Sequence record: OQ420740.1
Strand: one strand, 5' to 3'
Source of the DNA: Escherichia phage B9-1
Length of the DNA stretch: 64,000 nucleotides
The notes under the pieces are model-generated. The model had not been told where the DNA came from, ran no database searches, and was given only the letters and a program-made list of their open reading frames with translations. Each line of letters starts with the position of its first letter. Position 1 is the first letter of the stretch. The translations under genes and the position numbers were made by a program. This document shows positions 36,004 through 45,593 of the stretch, in pieces.

Positions 36004-36270
36004 ATGAAATTAACTCAGTTTTTATGGGGGTTGGTTGCGGCATCTGATGACCCTACGAAAGTGTCCCAATCTAAGCTATGGTCAAACATAGGCATGGCAG
36101 TGATGACTGGGGTGTTTATTCATATGGGGTACAATGATACGCTTCCTGAATGGTATGCGTGGATATACGCACCTTCGGTAGCTTGCCCCCAGCTTATTAG
36201 CAAATTCATCTCGCTCCGGTGGGGTTGCCAGCACCCTGACCACGTTAAAAACGAAGAGCAAAAAGCTTAA
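36004..36270 (+). CDS. small hydrophobic protein (holin-like topology, speculative)
   Basis: 88 aa; two hydrophobic stretches (LWSNIGMAVMTGVFIHMGY; WYAWIYAPSVACPQLISKFISL) and a charged C-terminus (HPDHVKNEEQKA). Confidence 0.4.
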   Translation: MKLTQFLWGLVAASDDPTKVSQSKLWSNIGMAVMTGVFIHMGYNDTLPEWYAWIYAPSVACPQLISKFISLRWGCQHPDHVKNEEQKA

Positions 36271-36279
36271 GGAGAAATC

Positions 36280-38025
36280 ATGGCGCAAGACATGACAAGC
36301 TTTGAGCAGGCGGTAGATCAAGTAATTGTTGATTCTGAACGTTTGCACTTGGTTGTCAACGGCAACGCTGTGGATGAAGTTGTCGTAGAGGATGGGACCA
36401 CTATCCCTACGGTACGAAAAGCCATGCTTGACAACCTTTATTTTAAAACGCCACCGATCCCTTGGGCGTATGGTGCATCCACAACAGTTTTTAACCAGTT
36501 GTATGAGTTTAAAGGGGATACAGGCACTCAGTGGTGGTACGCCCCCGCAGCATCAAAATCTAACCCGGTTAGGATGCCAGCAGATCCTTCACAATCTCCG
36601 AACTGGAGATTATACACCGATTCTGCAGTAATGGCAAAATACTACGCAAAACTTAACAGCCCAAGGTTCGAAGGTGACCCGAGAGTACCTACACCTCCGA
36701 TGGATGATAAGTCAGAGTCTATAGCAAACACAGAGTTTGTTGTTGACTATGTGGATAGCATATTTAAAGCCATGGAGGGGATGAAAGTTACTGTAGGATC
36801 TTTGGTGGTAAAAGGTCTTACAGAACTTGCCAACACCATAGTTGGGGGCACCCTTACCTTACACGGACCTGTTAATGGAGCAGATTCTACTGCACGCTTC
36901 AGGAACCTAATCCTTACGGCAAATACTTCTACACTAACTTTTGCGTGGAGCGATCCTAAGCATGCAGACTGGAGAAGCACAGAGCTGCAACCTCATGAAG
37001 TATCAACTCACAGAGTTATAGCTGACACTATAACTTCTGGGAAACCAGTGGCTAATAACAACGATGTGCATTTTGATGGTCTAGGTAATAACTTTTTTGA
37101 CTACGTGTACATTCGTGGTAATGCCATGAAGGCAGCCACCGAACCGACATTGCAGGTTGATGGGACCACTAGGGTTAAGAACCTTGAGGTGACAGGCACC
37201 GTTACAGGGATAACCTACTCTGTAGATGGCACCATGATCTACCCTAGCTATATTGAAAGCACGGGAGATGCACTGATCAATGGAGATTTAGAGGTTGGTG
37301 GATCTATAGTCATTCGTGGCACAGCATCTGTCCAGAACATATCTTTAAATACTCTGAGGGTGAATGAGCGTGCCACTTTTGAAGGAGAGGGGCTTACAGC
37401 CAACAAAGGTGTAATTACCGAGCTGACAACCACCACTCTAACTGCAACAACTGCAAACTCTGAAAACTGCAACGTTACCAGAAACTTGCAGGTAAATGGA
37501 GATGTTAGTTTAAACGCAGCAGGGACGGGCACTACCTACCTTCACAACCTTGAAATATCAGGTACAGTGACTGGGTGGCTGCCAGACTTCTCTAATGTCA
37601 ACTTTGTCTGTAATGGCATTAACTCCAGTGGCAAGATAACCACCTCTCAAGAAATTGAAGCTGGTAAAACTATTACTGCCCCTGCTTTCCATGCAGGGAA
37701 GGTGGAGTTTGACTTAGAGGAGGCTGACGCATCTAGTGGGACATGGACACCTAACGGGCAGGCCAATATGTATGTTGTCCACGCGAAAGGGGATTTTACA
37801 ATAGGGCAATGGCCTGGAACATCGGCTGAAGATAAACCTTACCCGTTCACTGCAATCATCTATGTCATTCAAGATGCTGTAGGCCACAACGTGACTTTAC
37901 ACGATAAATATGCCATACTGTCGGCTACTCCTGTTATTAACAACAAAGCCAACAGTGTCACCTTGCTACAATTGACATATTGTGGTGTTGGTGATATTGT
38001 GGATGTGGTTATTGCACAACGTTAA
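36280..38025 (+). CDS. tail fibre protein (581 aa)
   Basis: RBS AAGGAGAAATCATG; Thr/Gly/Asn/Val-rich beta-type composition with short repeated motifs (LTATTANSEN, GTVTGITYSVDG, ISGTVTGWLPD); within fibre cluster. Confidence 0.5.
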   Translation: MAQDMTSFEQAVDQVIVDSERLHLVVNGNAVDEVVVEDGTTIPTVRKAMLDNLYFKTPPIPWAYGASTTVFNQLYEFKGDTGTQWWYAPAASKSNPVRMPADPSQSPNWRLYTDSAVMAKYYAKLNSPRFEGDPRVPTPPMDDKSESIANTEFVVDYVDSIFKAMEGMKVTVGSLVVKGLTELANTIVGGTLTLHGPVNGADSTARFRNLILTANTSTLTFAWSDPKHADWRSTELQPHEVSTHRVIADTITSGKPVANNNDVHFDGLGNNFFDYVYIRGNAMKAATEPTLQVDGTTRVKNLEVTGTVTGITYSVDGTMIYPSYIESTGDALINGDLEVGGSIVIRGTASVQNISLNTLRVNERATFEGEGLTANKGVITELTTTTLTATTANSENCNVTRNLQVNGDVSLNAAGTGTTYLHNLEISGTVTGWLPDFSNVNFVCNGINSSGKITTSQEIEAGKTITAPAFHAGKVEFDLEEADASSGTWTPNGQANMYVVHAKGDFTIGQWPGTSAEDKPYPFTAIIYVIQDAVGHNVTLHDKYAILSATPVINNKANSVTLLQLTYCGVGDIVDVVIAQR

Positions 38026-38034
38026 TATATCTGA

Positions 38035-38059
38035 CCGCTCCTGACGGGGCGGTTTTCTT
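38035..38059 (+). terminator. terminator-like hairpin
   Basis: Stem CCGCTCC / GGGGCGG (one G-T wobble), loop TGAC, then TTTTCTT. Confidence 0.45.
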
Positions 38060-38073
38060 ATCTGGAGAACACA

Positions 38074-41000
38074 ATGCTTCCAATCCCTTTGCTAAAACTT
38101 GGTCGTCATTTCCTCGATAAGAGGGGTGGAGTTAAGGAACTTGCTGTTCTGTCATACCCAATAGACAACAGTGACGGTACAAGCACTACAGTAGCTTATG
38201 TAAATAGCTTAGCTATACTTTTTGACGACGGTCAGCTTAATATTACTGGCTATAACAAGTTCGGGGAGTGTCGCACTGGGGATCGTAACCCTATAAACTA
38301 CCCGAGCGAGACGGCCTGGAATGTCGATCATGTGTGGAGAGCAGACCGTGCGTTTGTGATCCGGACTTTTGATAACCAGTTTTTCTACATCGGCTGCACT
38401 GCAGGTCTTATCGGATCCACTGCGGCAGGTGGTAACGATGTTTGCGTAAACGAGTGGACACCTCTTCCGGAACAGATTGTTCAAGGATTGCACCTTGACA
38501 CCCACCCAGAGCGCCTTATCGAGGTAATGGGTGGTATTAACAACACTGTTTGGGTTATGGCAGAGGCTGAGGGTGACGGCATTTTACACCTGTACGGGTC
38601 TGGTAACAACACCTACGGATCTTTACATGTAGATAAGAACCAGCATGCAACTCCTGTAAAGATTGGTGAAACATCAGAAAATCCTGAAACAGGCCCTTGG
38701 AAAAACCCAAGTATCAACTGCGAGGTGCATGACAACTCTGTTATTTTCGGTGGTCCTAGAGGTTTCTGGATTGCTGGGTACGACTTTCTGAGAAACAATA
38801 GTAGAAACACTCTCGTTTGGCCTCCTGCTCAGATTACCCGTGACGATTTGAGAGGAATTCCTGCAGATGAGGAGTGGAAAGGGTTCATGTGCGGTCCGAA
38901 TGGGGCAGTGGTTGCAACACAAAGAATGCACAGACCTGATGACCAACAACTTGTTAACGTATTTTATGGTCAAAACGTTTGGGGAGATGATACCTGGCGT
39001 GCTTTGAATATAACCTACACCCATGAGGTGATAATGGCTCGTGGGTACGGCACAAGTGGCATTTTCTTCAACAATGGTACTAAGCAGTATCGTGGCTTCT
39101 CTCGAAACCTGTGCAACGATATTGGCGCACAATCTGCAAACAATAATCCCCGTGCCGATTTTGTTCATTACCAGGCCCTTGCTACGGCCAAATATGTTGA
39201 GCAACGTTTGCCAGTTAGCTGGACAGAGAGTGTTTATTTCCAAGGCATCCATAGAGAAGGTTTTTTAGGGACCTTTACTGTTGTTAATGGTAAACTTTGG
39301 TGGTCAGGTATCCCAAGGGGAAGTTTTGCAGGCTCTAATAACCTGTTTGGCGGTAGACTTAATAGTCAAGGGTTCACAGAGGTTCCTGAGAATTGGTATA
39401 AAAATGTCCCAGTAGATAGTTGGGGTGTTGATGATATTTTTGACGTTAACGGTGTTAGCAGCGTTAGCAATATTTACATTGGTGACACGGTCAAGATGAA
39501 ATTGAAGCCTCAGCCAGAGGGGGCTACGTTCATTATTGACAAGATTGAGCTGGTAAATGCTGCGGGTACGGTTGTTACAGATGCAAATTACCAATTCTCC
39601 ACCAACTGGAACCACGGCGGGGCCAACGAAGTTGTTGTTACTCAGTATAACAGGAATGTTAACAGACGTGGCCTGTACTCTGTAAAAATAACCTATCATG
39701 ACAAGCATGGCACAGGAAGAACTCACACGACAAGGACTTTGAACTGGAACACCATAGTTCCTGCGTATCCTTCTGACGGTAAGTGGCATACCGTTGGTAG
39801 AAACAAGCAGTTCCATGTTAACGATACTGTATACTTCGGGCTGAATGGGACTCAGCCTGCGGTAGAAGGAGATACATCGTATATGGTCCGACTCCACAGA
39901 ATGGATGCTGGATCAGTCACCTATGATGTTACCCAAGAGATTTATGATCAGAGACGAAATACCTACAACAACTTAGTGCAGACACAGGCCGTATGGGAGT
40001 TCAACCCTAACGGCAGAGGCGGTAAAATGTTGCAGGTTAACGAGCAAAACGGAACGTCGTTGACTGTCCACGAACACCCAGACCCTTGGCCTGATCCTGG
40101 AAAACCTCACCCAGGTGCTCGTACACTGAAAATTGTCAGCCATGATGCAGGATATTTCGGAATACGCTGGGAAGCCACAGTAAGATATGCAGACGGGACA
40201 ACAAACAACATAGGGATTACACTTGGAGGCACCAGTGAAGATAGCTCTCTGAAAATTGCCTACACCCCTAGGGGCATCTCTATTGATAATATGGATGTTG
40301 TTCGCAATGGTTACGGCGATGTGAATGTCAAAGTTACTCTTGGCGAACATCTTGGTGGGGAAAGGATCATCATGTATGCCTTTGATCATGACCCGCGAAC
40401 CAATGGAACTTATGCAAATCAGGCATGGAGTTACCTGATAAATGCACCTGAGCCGAATACTAAAGAGTTCTACTACGGTATGAAGCGAGATGTATGCAAG
40501 AAAACAGGAACACATGACTGGATTGCTATCTGCGTTAAAGATGAGCGCACAGCTTGGGATGAGCCTGTTAATAGATGGTTCATAGGTATTCCTACCAGAA
40601 GCGATAAGTATATCGCAGAATACATTGTGTGCATGGGCGGTACCAACCTAAATATGTGTTGGAACGAAGATGCAAACAAATACTCTGATTATGACTATAT
40701 GAGAGATTACTCTTGTAATCAGTGGTTTAACCAATCAACAGGGTATCCTCCACGACAGGCGAGAGTAAACCCTGCAATCTTTACAGATACGCAGGTTTTC
40801 TTGACAAAACAGGCCAACGAGGTTCAGACCTTCAAGAACAAATACGACCCTAACAAGTGGTTTTATAACTGTTATGGCGCATTTTTCTGGGGTCCTGGCG
40901 AACTGCCTAATGGAGGATCTTGCTTCGAGGCTGCAACTTACGCCAGTGACAGGTTCATGGGGCAGGTTAAGAAGTACAAGATAATCCCAGGGCCTGAAAC

Positions 41001-43710
41001 TTTAGGCAACGCTGTTGACCCATATATCATCATGACAGCACTAAGATCGAACATGGACGGAACATCCATATCTATGCAAGTTCCAGTAACAAACGGGTAC
41101 AAACGTGTTGTGATGATCATTAAGTGCGACTTAATAGGTAAGCAAGTTCTTGCAGAAAACGGAACCTCAACACATCTATTCGAGACTGCTCTGCATTATC
41201 AGTTTGCTGATTCACCTTTTGCAGGGGATAAGAGAATATCTGATACAGACAACACTCGATGCAAGAAATTTATGCTTGGTGGTGGATGGTGGTGGTATGA
41301 ATTTGATTTAACAGACAAATTCACTGACACGTCTAAAGTGGTGACAGGGCTTCGTCTAGATCTTGGCGAAAACATGCACAAAAGTGTTTGTGATGGCACC
41401 TACGGTGACCCAACAATCTACTTAAAGTATGTCTCTTTTGAGCATCCGGAAGATGTTGTTTACGGTCCAAAACTGAGATTGTTTGGCAGTTGGATTGCAA
41501 AAGACAGGGTAGGCATGGGTAAAAAGGTAAGAGGGTTCTTGGTTGATGCAGGAACAGAAGACATGCTGGTTAATGCAGTGTGGCCTGAATTACCTGGGAC
41601 TCAGTGGGATAACTCAGCCAAGTCCATAAACTGGTTCAACATTCACAGAGCTATGTGGACAACTAACTGCTACCTGTGGAAAGAGTTGAATGACGGCGCT
41701 TTCGGGTTTACAGGTGGCAGAAGAATGGCAATCATTTGCTGGACAACGCTGCAAAGATGTTATGACCATGACTACGAGATTGGGGGTAGGGCATGGAAAA
41801 ATATTAGGGATAGAATCATAACTAACTTCGCAGACCCTAATGGTGGTGGAGCGTATGGCTTCGACTGCAGCAGGCTCATCCATTTGAACGGGTCCTCTGC
41901 ATATAAGAAAGAGGGTTACTCTGGATCTATGATTGAGTGGGGCCTGGTGAAAGATGCTCGCGTATTGATGGGTCAACAACTTGCTGCTGCAATAGGACCT
42001 AACGCAGTGCAGTCTGTTAAACCAGCGTGGTTCGATATCCCAATATGGTCATCTGGAACACCAGGAACTGCGGCAATCAACCCTACCACTGGGGATCTGG
42101 AAATCTCTTGGGAGGACTTGAAGCAGGTTGGTGGCTGGGATAAGACAGGCTACCAGGTACAATGGTGGAGATCTGACGGATCGTTAGCGGCTGATGAGTT
42201 TGTTAAGGACAATTTCTACACTATGTCCTCTGCAAAAGCACAGCAATTGTTTGGTCAGGCAACTCCGTCAACGATCACCATGTCCATGTGCTGTAAAGAC
42301 AACAGGACTGGAGCCCTGGGACCAAGGGTTGCTAAAGTTTTCTCAGGTATTAAATGGAATCTCCCTGTTCAAAGTGTTTCATGGAAGCAAATAGGTGATA
42401 ACAAGCTGCTGGTTACTCCTGCCTGTCAGTTCAACGCAACTCTTAACGTTGATCCTGCTGTTGCGGCAAACTCAGCTAAAGCTTCTGACTTCTCTGTGTC
42501 TAACACTGCTATGGCAGATGTGAGGAAGATTGATACACTGAATGCCAGAATTACCTGTAAAAACACTTATGGCACATTCCAGATCATCAACAACTTCACA
42601 GATGCTGATTCTAAGGTAGTGAGGACAGCAAGCCAGACTATGCAGTTGGGAACTCTGGCATACTCTGCCTTGATCACTGAACAATCTCCTACCCTTCAGG
42701 GTGGGGGTGTTGGTAAGTTGATCACAACACCTGTGTGGAAGCCAAATGAGTGGGTTGTGTTTGATTTGACTGTAGACTTCTCCAGTGACAATAACTGGAC
42801 ATGGGTAAGGAATTGCTTGTCACAGTTGATGGGTGGTCCAAGCTCTGTTAGTGATAGCCACGACTCTACTGACCCGAGCGTGTTCCAGGTGGGTAAAACT
42901 CACCCAGAAACTGGGGCACAGTTGCCTGACAGGAAGTATGCTTTGGTTTGCATCTCTTACGGAAAAGCAGATGTCACCTTCTCAGGGACGCACACTTATA
43001 ACGGAACTTACAACTTCTCAAGGAAGTATAGTCTCAAGGCTGGTAACATTATAGATGAAGTTGGTGCGTTGTATAACCCAGGTAACGGCATAGGGATTGT
43101 GGGTGGTAAACTGCAGATGCAGGAACCTTCTATTACCCCTTCCAATGTGTCTGGGATTAGAAAGACTTGGGAAAGCAGTAATACCAACATTGCAACAGTG
43201 GATGCTACCACAGGGCTGGTAACATTTAAAGCCCCTGGTAATGTCACTATAAAGTTTGTAGTTACTGATGATGCAGGGCGCAAAACGTCTTCAACATCTT
43301 TTACTGTCAAACAGATGACACCACAGTGGAGAATGTGGATAGGTACAGCAACAAACGGGGCATACCCTAATCCGGCAGGTACTTCTGGTATGAAGACTTT
43401 CTCTACAAGCAAACCGATGGAGTACGGCAGCGGTCCTAAGGTAGGGCAGATGGTGTACTTTGGTGCGTATATTCCTGAAATTATAGGGCTTCCGAGAAGT
43501 CAGCTTCAGTTGCTGTTTGGGGCTGGTGTTGACGATCTTGCCACTTTCGGGTATAGCGACAACATCGAGGCTGCAAGGAGTTCAGGATGGGTAGGGTTCA
43601 GAATGGAGTCTGGAAAGGAAGGCAGGATTCTAGGGACAGCCTCTATAGGTGTTATGTTCCCTGGTGACCAGCAGTATCGTCTGGAAGCCTACGCGACTTT
43701 CTCTCTTTAA
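38074..43710 (+). CDS. giant virion-associated protein with RCC1-like repeats and C-terminal Ig-like (Big_2-type) domain
   Basis: 1878-aa uninterrupted ORF; N-terminal 400 aa carry recurring G-x-N-x-x-G motifs (YNKFGECRTGD, LYGSGNNTYGSLHV, VFYGQNVWGDDT, GSNNLFGGRLNSQGF); segment at 43141-43312 (IATVDATTGLVTFKAPGNVTIKFVVTDDAGRKTSSTSFTV) matches Big_2 pattern. Confidence 0.55.
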   Translation: MLPIPLLKLGRHFLDKRGGVKELAVLSYPIDNSDGTSTTVAYVNSLAILFDDGQLNITGYNKFGECRTGDRNPINYPSETAWNVDHVWRADRAFVIRTFDNQFFYIGCTAGLIGSTAAGGNDVCVNEWTPLPEQIVQGLHLDTHPERLIEVMGGINNTVWVMAEAEGDGILHLYGSGNNTYGSLHVDKNQHATPVKIGETSENPETGPWKNPSINCEVHDNSVIFGGPRGFWIAGYDFLRNNSRNTLVWPPAQITRDDLRGIPADEEWKGFMCGPNGAVVATQRMHRPDDQQLVNVFYGQNVWGDDTWRALNITYTHEVIMARGYGTSGIFFNNGTKQYRGFSRNLCNDIGAQSANNNPRADFVHYQALATAKYVEQRLPVSWTESVYFQGIHREGFLGTFTVVNGKLWWSGIPRGSFAGSNNLFGGRLNSQGFTEVPENWYKNVPVDSWGVDDIFDVNGVSSVSNIYIGDTVKMKLKPQPEGATFIIDKIELVNAAGTVVTDANYQFSTNWNHGGANEVVVTQYNRNVNRRGLYSVKITYHDKHGTGRTHTTRTLNWNTIVPAYPSDGKWHTVGRNKQFHVNDTVYFGLNGTQPAVEGDTSYMVRLHRMDAGSVTYDVTQEIYDQRRNTYNNLVQTQAVWEFNPNGRGGKMLQVNEQNGTSLTVHEHPDPWPDPGKPHPGARTLKIVSHDAGYFGIRWEATVRYADGTTNNIGITLGGTSEDSSLKIAYTPRGISIDNMDVVRNGYGDVNVKVTLGEHLGGERIIMYAFDHDPRTNGTYANQAWSYLINAPEPNTKEFYYGMKRDVCKKTGTHDWIAICVKDERTAWDEPVNRWFIGIPTRSDKYIAEYIVCMGGTNLNMCWNEDANKYSDYDYMRDYSCNQWFNQSTGYPPRQARVNPAIFTDTQVFLTKQANEVQTFKNKYDPNKWFYNCYGAFFWGPGELPNGGSCFEAATYASDRFMGQVKKYKIIPGPETLGNAVDPYIIMTALRSNMDGTSISMQVPVTNGYKRVVMIIKCDLIGKQVLAENGTSTHLFETALHYQFADSPFAGDKRISDTDNTRCKKFMLGGGWWWYEFDLTDKFTDTSKVVTGLRLDLGENMHKSVCDGTYGDPTIYLKYVSFEHPEDVVYGPKLRLFGSWIAKDRVGMGKKVRGFLVDAGTEDMLVNAVWPELPGTQWDNSAKSINWFNIHRAMWTTNCYLWKELNDGAFGFTGGRRMAIICWTTLQRCYDHDYEIGGRAWKNIRDRIITNFADPNGGGAYGFDCSRLIHLNGSSAYKKEGYSGSMIEWGLVKDARVLMGQQLAAAIGPNAVQSVKPAWFDIPIWSSGTPGTAAINPTTGDLEISWEDLKQVGGWDKTGYQVQWWRSDGSLAADEFVKDNFYTMSSAKAQQLFGQATPSTITMSMCCKDNRTGALGPRVAKVFSGIKWNLPVQSVSWKQIGDNKLLVTPACQFNATLNVDPAVAANSAKASDFSVSNTAMADVRKIDTLNARITCKNTYGTFQIINNFTDADSKVVRTASQTMQLGTLAYSALITEQSPTLQGGGVGKLITTPVWKPNEWVVFDLTVDFSSDNNWTWVRNCLSQLMGGPSSVSDSHDSTDPSVFQVGKTHPETGAQLPDRKYALVCISYGKADVTFSGTHTYNGTYNFSRKYSLKAGNIIDEVGALYNPGNGIGIVGGKLQMQEPSITPSNVSGIRKTWESSNTNIATVDATTGLVTFKAPGNVTIKFVVTDDAGRKTSSTSFTVKQMTPQWRMWIGTATNGAYPNPAGTSGMKTFSTSKPMEYGSGPKVGQMVYFGAYIPEIIGLPRSQLQLLFGAGVDDLATFGYSDNIEAARSSGWVGFRMESGKEGRILGTASIGVMFPGDQQYRLEAYATFSL

Positions 43711-43722
43711 CAAGTAGTAGAT

Positions 43723-43753
43723 AAAAAAGGGGCCAAATGGCCCCTTTCTTTTT
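43723..43753. terminator. bidirectional rho-independent terminator at strand switch
   Basis: Stem GGGGCC / GGCCCC, loop AAAT, flanked by AAAAAA upstream and TTTCTTTTT downstream; converging plus and minus blocks meet here. Confidence 0.75.
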
Positions 43754-43757
43754 ATAG

Positions 43758-43958
43758 TTAGTAATACTCCCAACATGCCCCATCTTCAGACGGCTTGACG
43801 CGCTTACCTTTATGGTCAACATAGGTATAGCCACAACCTTCACAAATAACAGGTGCTGCATAGCCTTCCTTCCACTGATCCTCAGTGATCAGACCTTCCA
43901 AATCTTTGCAGTCAAAGCCAAACAACTCTTCAGAGCAATCTTTACAAAAATCAGCCAT
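43758..43958 (-). CDS. small zinc-ribbon-like protein
   Basis: 66 aa with Cys pairs (CKDCSEE...CKD and CEGCGY); last gene of minus block before terminator. Confidence 0.45.
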   Translation of the reverse strand: MADFCKDCSEELFGFDCKDLEGLITEDQWKEGYAAPVICEGCGYTYVDHKGKRVKPSEDGACWEYY

Positions 43959-43961
43959 TTC

Positions 43962-44444
43962 TCAGTCCTCGCATTTAACAAATTTTTCTACAGATCCACC
44001 AAGCACAGCTTGTTGTTTGATGGCACTTTCTTCTTCATAGTGGATAGACTTATGTGCCGTACCTCCGAACTTACCTGTGTGGAAGGTGTGCACCCAAATC
44101 TCTTTGGGAAGGGATTTATTCTCTTCTTCCACCAATTCCCACATACCCCACAAGTGATCTGTGATATCTTTGATGAAATACCCCTCGCCGAGGTTTGTAT
44201 TCACACTATAGGCCGATTCGTGATCTCCACAAATATAACGGAAGGCAGTGTACTCCTTCCCAGGTGTGAAGTGGGTATCCATCAGTATAGCTGTTAGAGA
44301 ATTAGGGTCTCGAAAGCCCAAGAACTTTAGTTTAACAATTTCGACGTTCACACTTGCAAGATTATCCATGACAATCTCCTCTGCTTGGTTGATGAGATAA
44401 TCATATATAAATCTGGTGTTGATGTCAAGCTTAATTTTAAGCAA
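43962..44444 (-). CDS. hypothetical protein
   Basis: 160-aa ORF in minus-strand early-type block; no recognisable motif. Confidence 0.5.
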   Translation of the reverse strand: MLKIKLDINTRFIYDYLINQAEEIVMDNLASVNVEIVKLKFLGFRDPNSLTAILMDTHFTPGKEYTAFRYICGDHESAYSVNTNLGEGYFIKDITDHLWGMWELVEEENKSLPKEIWVHTFHTGKFGGTAHKSIHYEEESAIKQQAVLGGSVEKFVKCED

Positions 44445-44532
44445 TTTGAGAGGGTATTTTATTTAGAAGGGTAATCACACAGAGGCAGGTAGTTTATGAA
44501 GGCATAGGCCTCGTTTGAGGCCTTAAAATAGG

Positions 44533-44916
44533 TTACGACGATACCTTGACAGATTTATCTGATAAAGCTGGGAAACCTAAAGCAGCACCAAGACCGCCAT
44601 ACGCTATCCACCACTGGAGTTCATCGTGGCACCATTTTCCAATCAAGAAGGTGCTGTAGTAGCGGGTCAGTATCTTGGCATATGCTTTAGGATCTGCATT
44701 CTCCGGTATGATAATGCTTGGTGGGCGTTTGTTATGACCACAGCAGCAGTTTAAGGTCTTCAATCCTGCCGCCCATAGGCTCATGATAGGTTTAGCCATG
44801 CACTTATCAAGGCACACACGTTTTTTGCCGTCACGGAGCTTTTTAGGCACATCAACGATAACATTTGGATGCTTGGCACCTTTCACTTTCCAATTATAAG
44901 ATTTACACTTGCACAT
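44533..44916 (-). CDS. cysteine-rich hypothetical protein
   Basis: 127 aa with clustered Cys (MCKCKSY, CLDKC, LNCCCGH) and hydrophobic C-terminus; RBS GGAGAC before ATG. Confidence 0.45.
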   Translation of the reverse strand: MCKCKSYNWKVKGAKHPNVIVDVPKKLRDGKKRVCLDKCMAKPIMSLWAAGLKTLNCCCGHNKRPPSIIIPENADPKAYAKILTRYYSTFLIGKWCHDELQWWIAYGGLGAALGFPALSDKSVKVSS

Positions 44917-44946
44917 TTAGTCAGTCTCCATCTAGAAAGCCATATT

Positions 44947-45117
44947 TTACTTAAAGTCTTTGTCACCTATTACGATTGCACGAATCCACTCATTGTGATG
45001 CTCAATGGATGTAAGGTGTAACATAATGCAGTGATTGTCATTACCAAACACGGCTCGATAAGCCTTAGCAGCACCATGATATAACTTCCACATCACGTAA
45101 TGGTATCTTCGTTTCAT
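44947..45117 (-). CDS. small hypothetical ORF (56 aa), absent from ORF track
   Basis: ATG overlaps stop of upstream HAD-like gene (ATGA at 45114-45117); fills an otherwise 197-nt gap; hand translation MKRRYHYVMWKLYHGAAKAYRAVFGNDNHC... to TAA at 44947-44949. Confidence 0.3.
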   Translation of the reverse strand: MKRRYHYVMWKLYHGAAKAYRAVFGNDNHCIMLHLTSIEHHNEWIRAIVIGDKDFK

Positions 45118-45593
45118 GGTTCTTTCTCCGGTTCAGGATCTGGATAATCTTCAATAATAAAGGGCCATCCGTTACGCTTAGCGTCAGACTTATACTCAAT
45201 CTCCTTCATTGCAAACTCTAACTGATTCTTAGCCGGAATGCAAGCTGGAGAATCATCAACCCAGATGTCTGGGTAGATATCAAACTGCGCCAGATAAGCG
45301 GCCTTCTGAACGCCTTCAGTATAAAACACTCCAACATCTAACTCCTTGCGCCAGTATTCGATGTCCACGTTGTCTTGAGTGATGAATCGGAAAGTCACAA
45401 GATAGACTGTCCACCCTTCCTTCTTCAGGTCCTTAATAAGGCGGGAGAAGATGAAAGGGCTCGCATTAAACGTTCCATCAAAGTCGATAGCAATGATGTG
45501 GGTGCCGTGACGAGTCTCATATGGATTGCTCGTGGTGAGATTGCTGTAGTTGAAAGGTACTTCTTCTCCGCAGTAGCTGTAGTCCATATTCAC
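45114..45593 (-). CDS. HAD-superfamily phosphatase-like protein
   Basis: 159 aa; motif I IAIDFDGTF (D-x-D-G-T) and later WVDD acidic motif typical of HAD phosphatases or nucleotidases. Confidence 0.5.
   Translation of the reverse strand: MNMDYSYCGEEVPFNYSNLTTSNPYETRHGTHIIAIDFDGTFNASPFIFSRLIKDLKKEGWTVYLVTFRFITQDNVDIEYWRKELDVGVFYTEGVQKAAYLAQFDIYPDIWVDDSPACIPAKNQLEFAMKEIEYKSDAKRNGWPFIIEDYPDPEPEKEP

Noticed and set aside
38209-43412. Numerous minus-strand ORFs (for example 38674..39252, 39304..39897, 39973..40515, 43008..43412) inside the 1878-aa gene
   Set aside because: All antisense to one uninterrupted plus-strand ORF; typical chance ORFs of a long gene.
43812-44297. Plus-strand ORF 43812..44297 (161 aa)
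   Set aside because: Overlaps antisense the better-supported minus-strand genes 43758..43958 and 43962..44444, which fit the surrounding minus operon.
44506-44523. Hairpin AGGCCTC-GTTT-GAGGCCT between minus-strand genes as a terminator
   Set aside because: No T-tract follows it on the transcribed (minus) strand; more likely an RNA stability or processing element, or chance.
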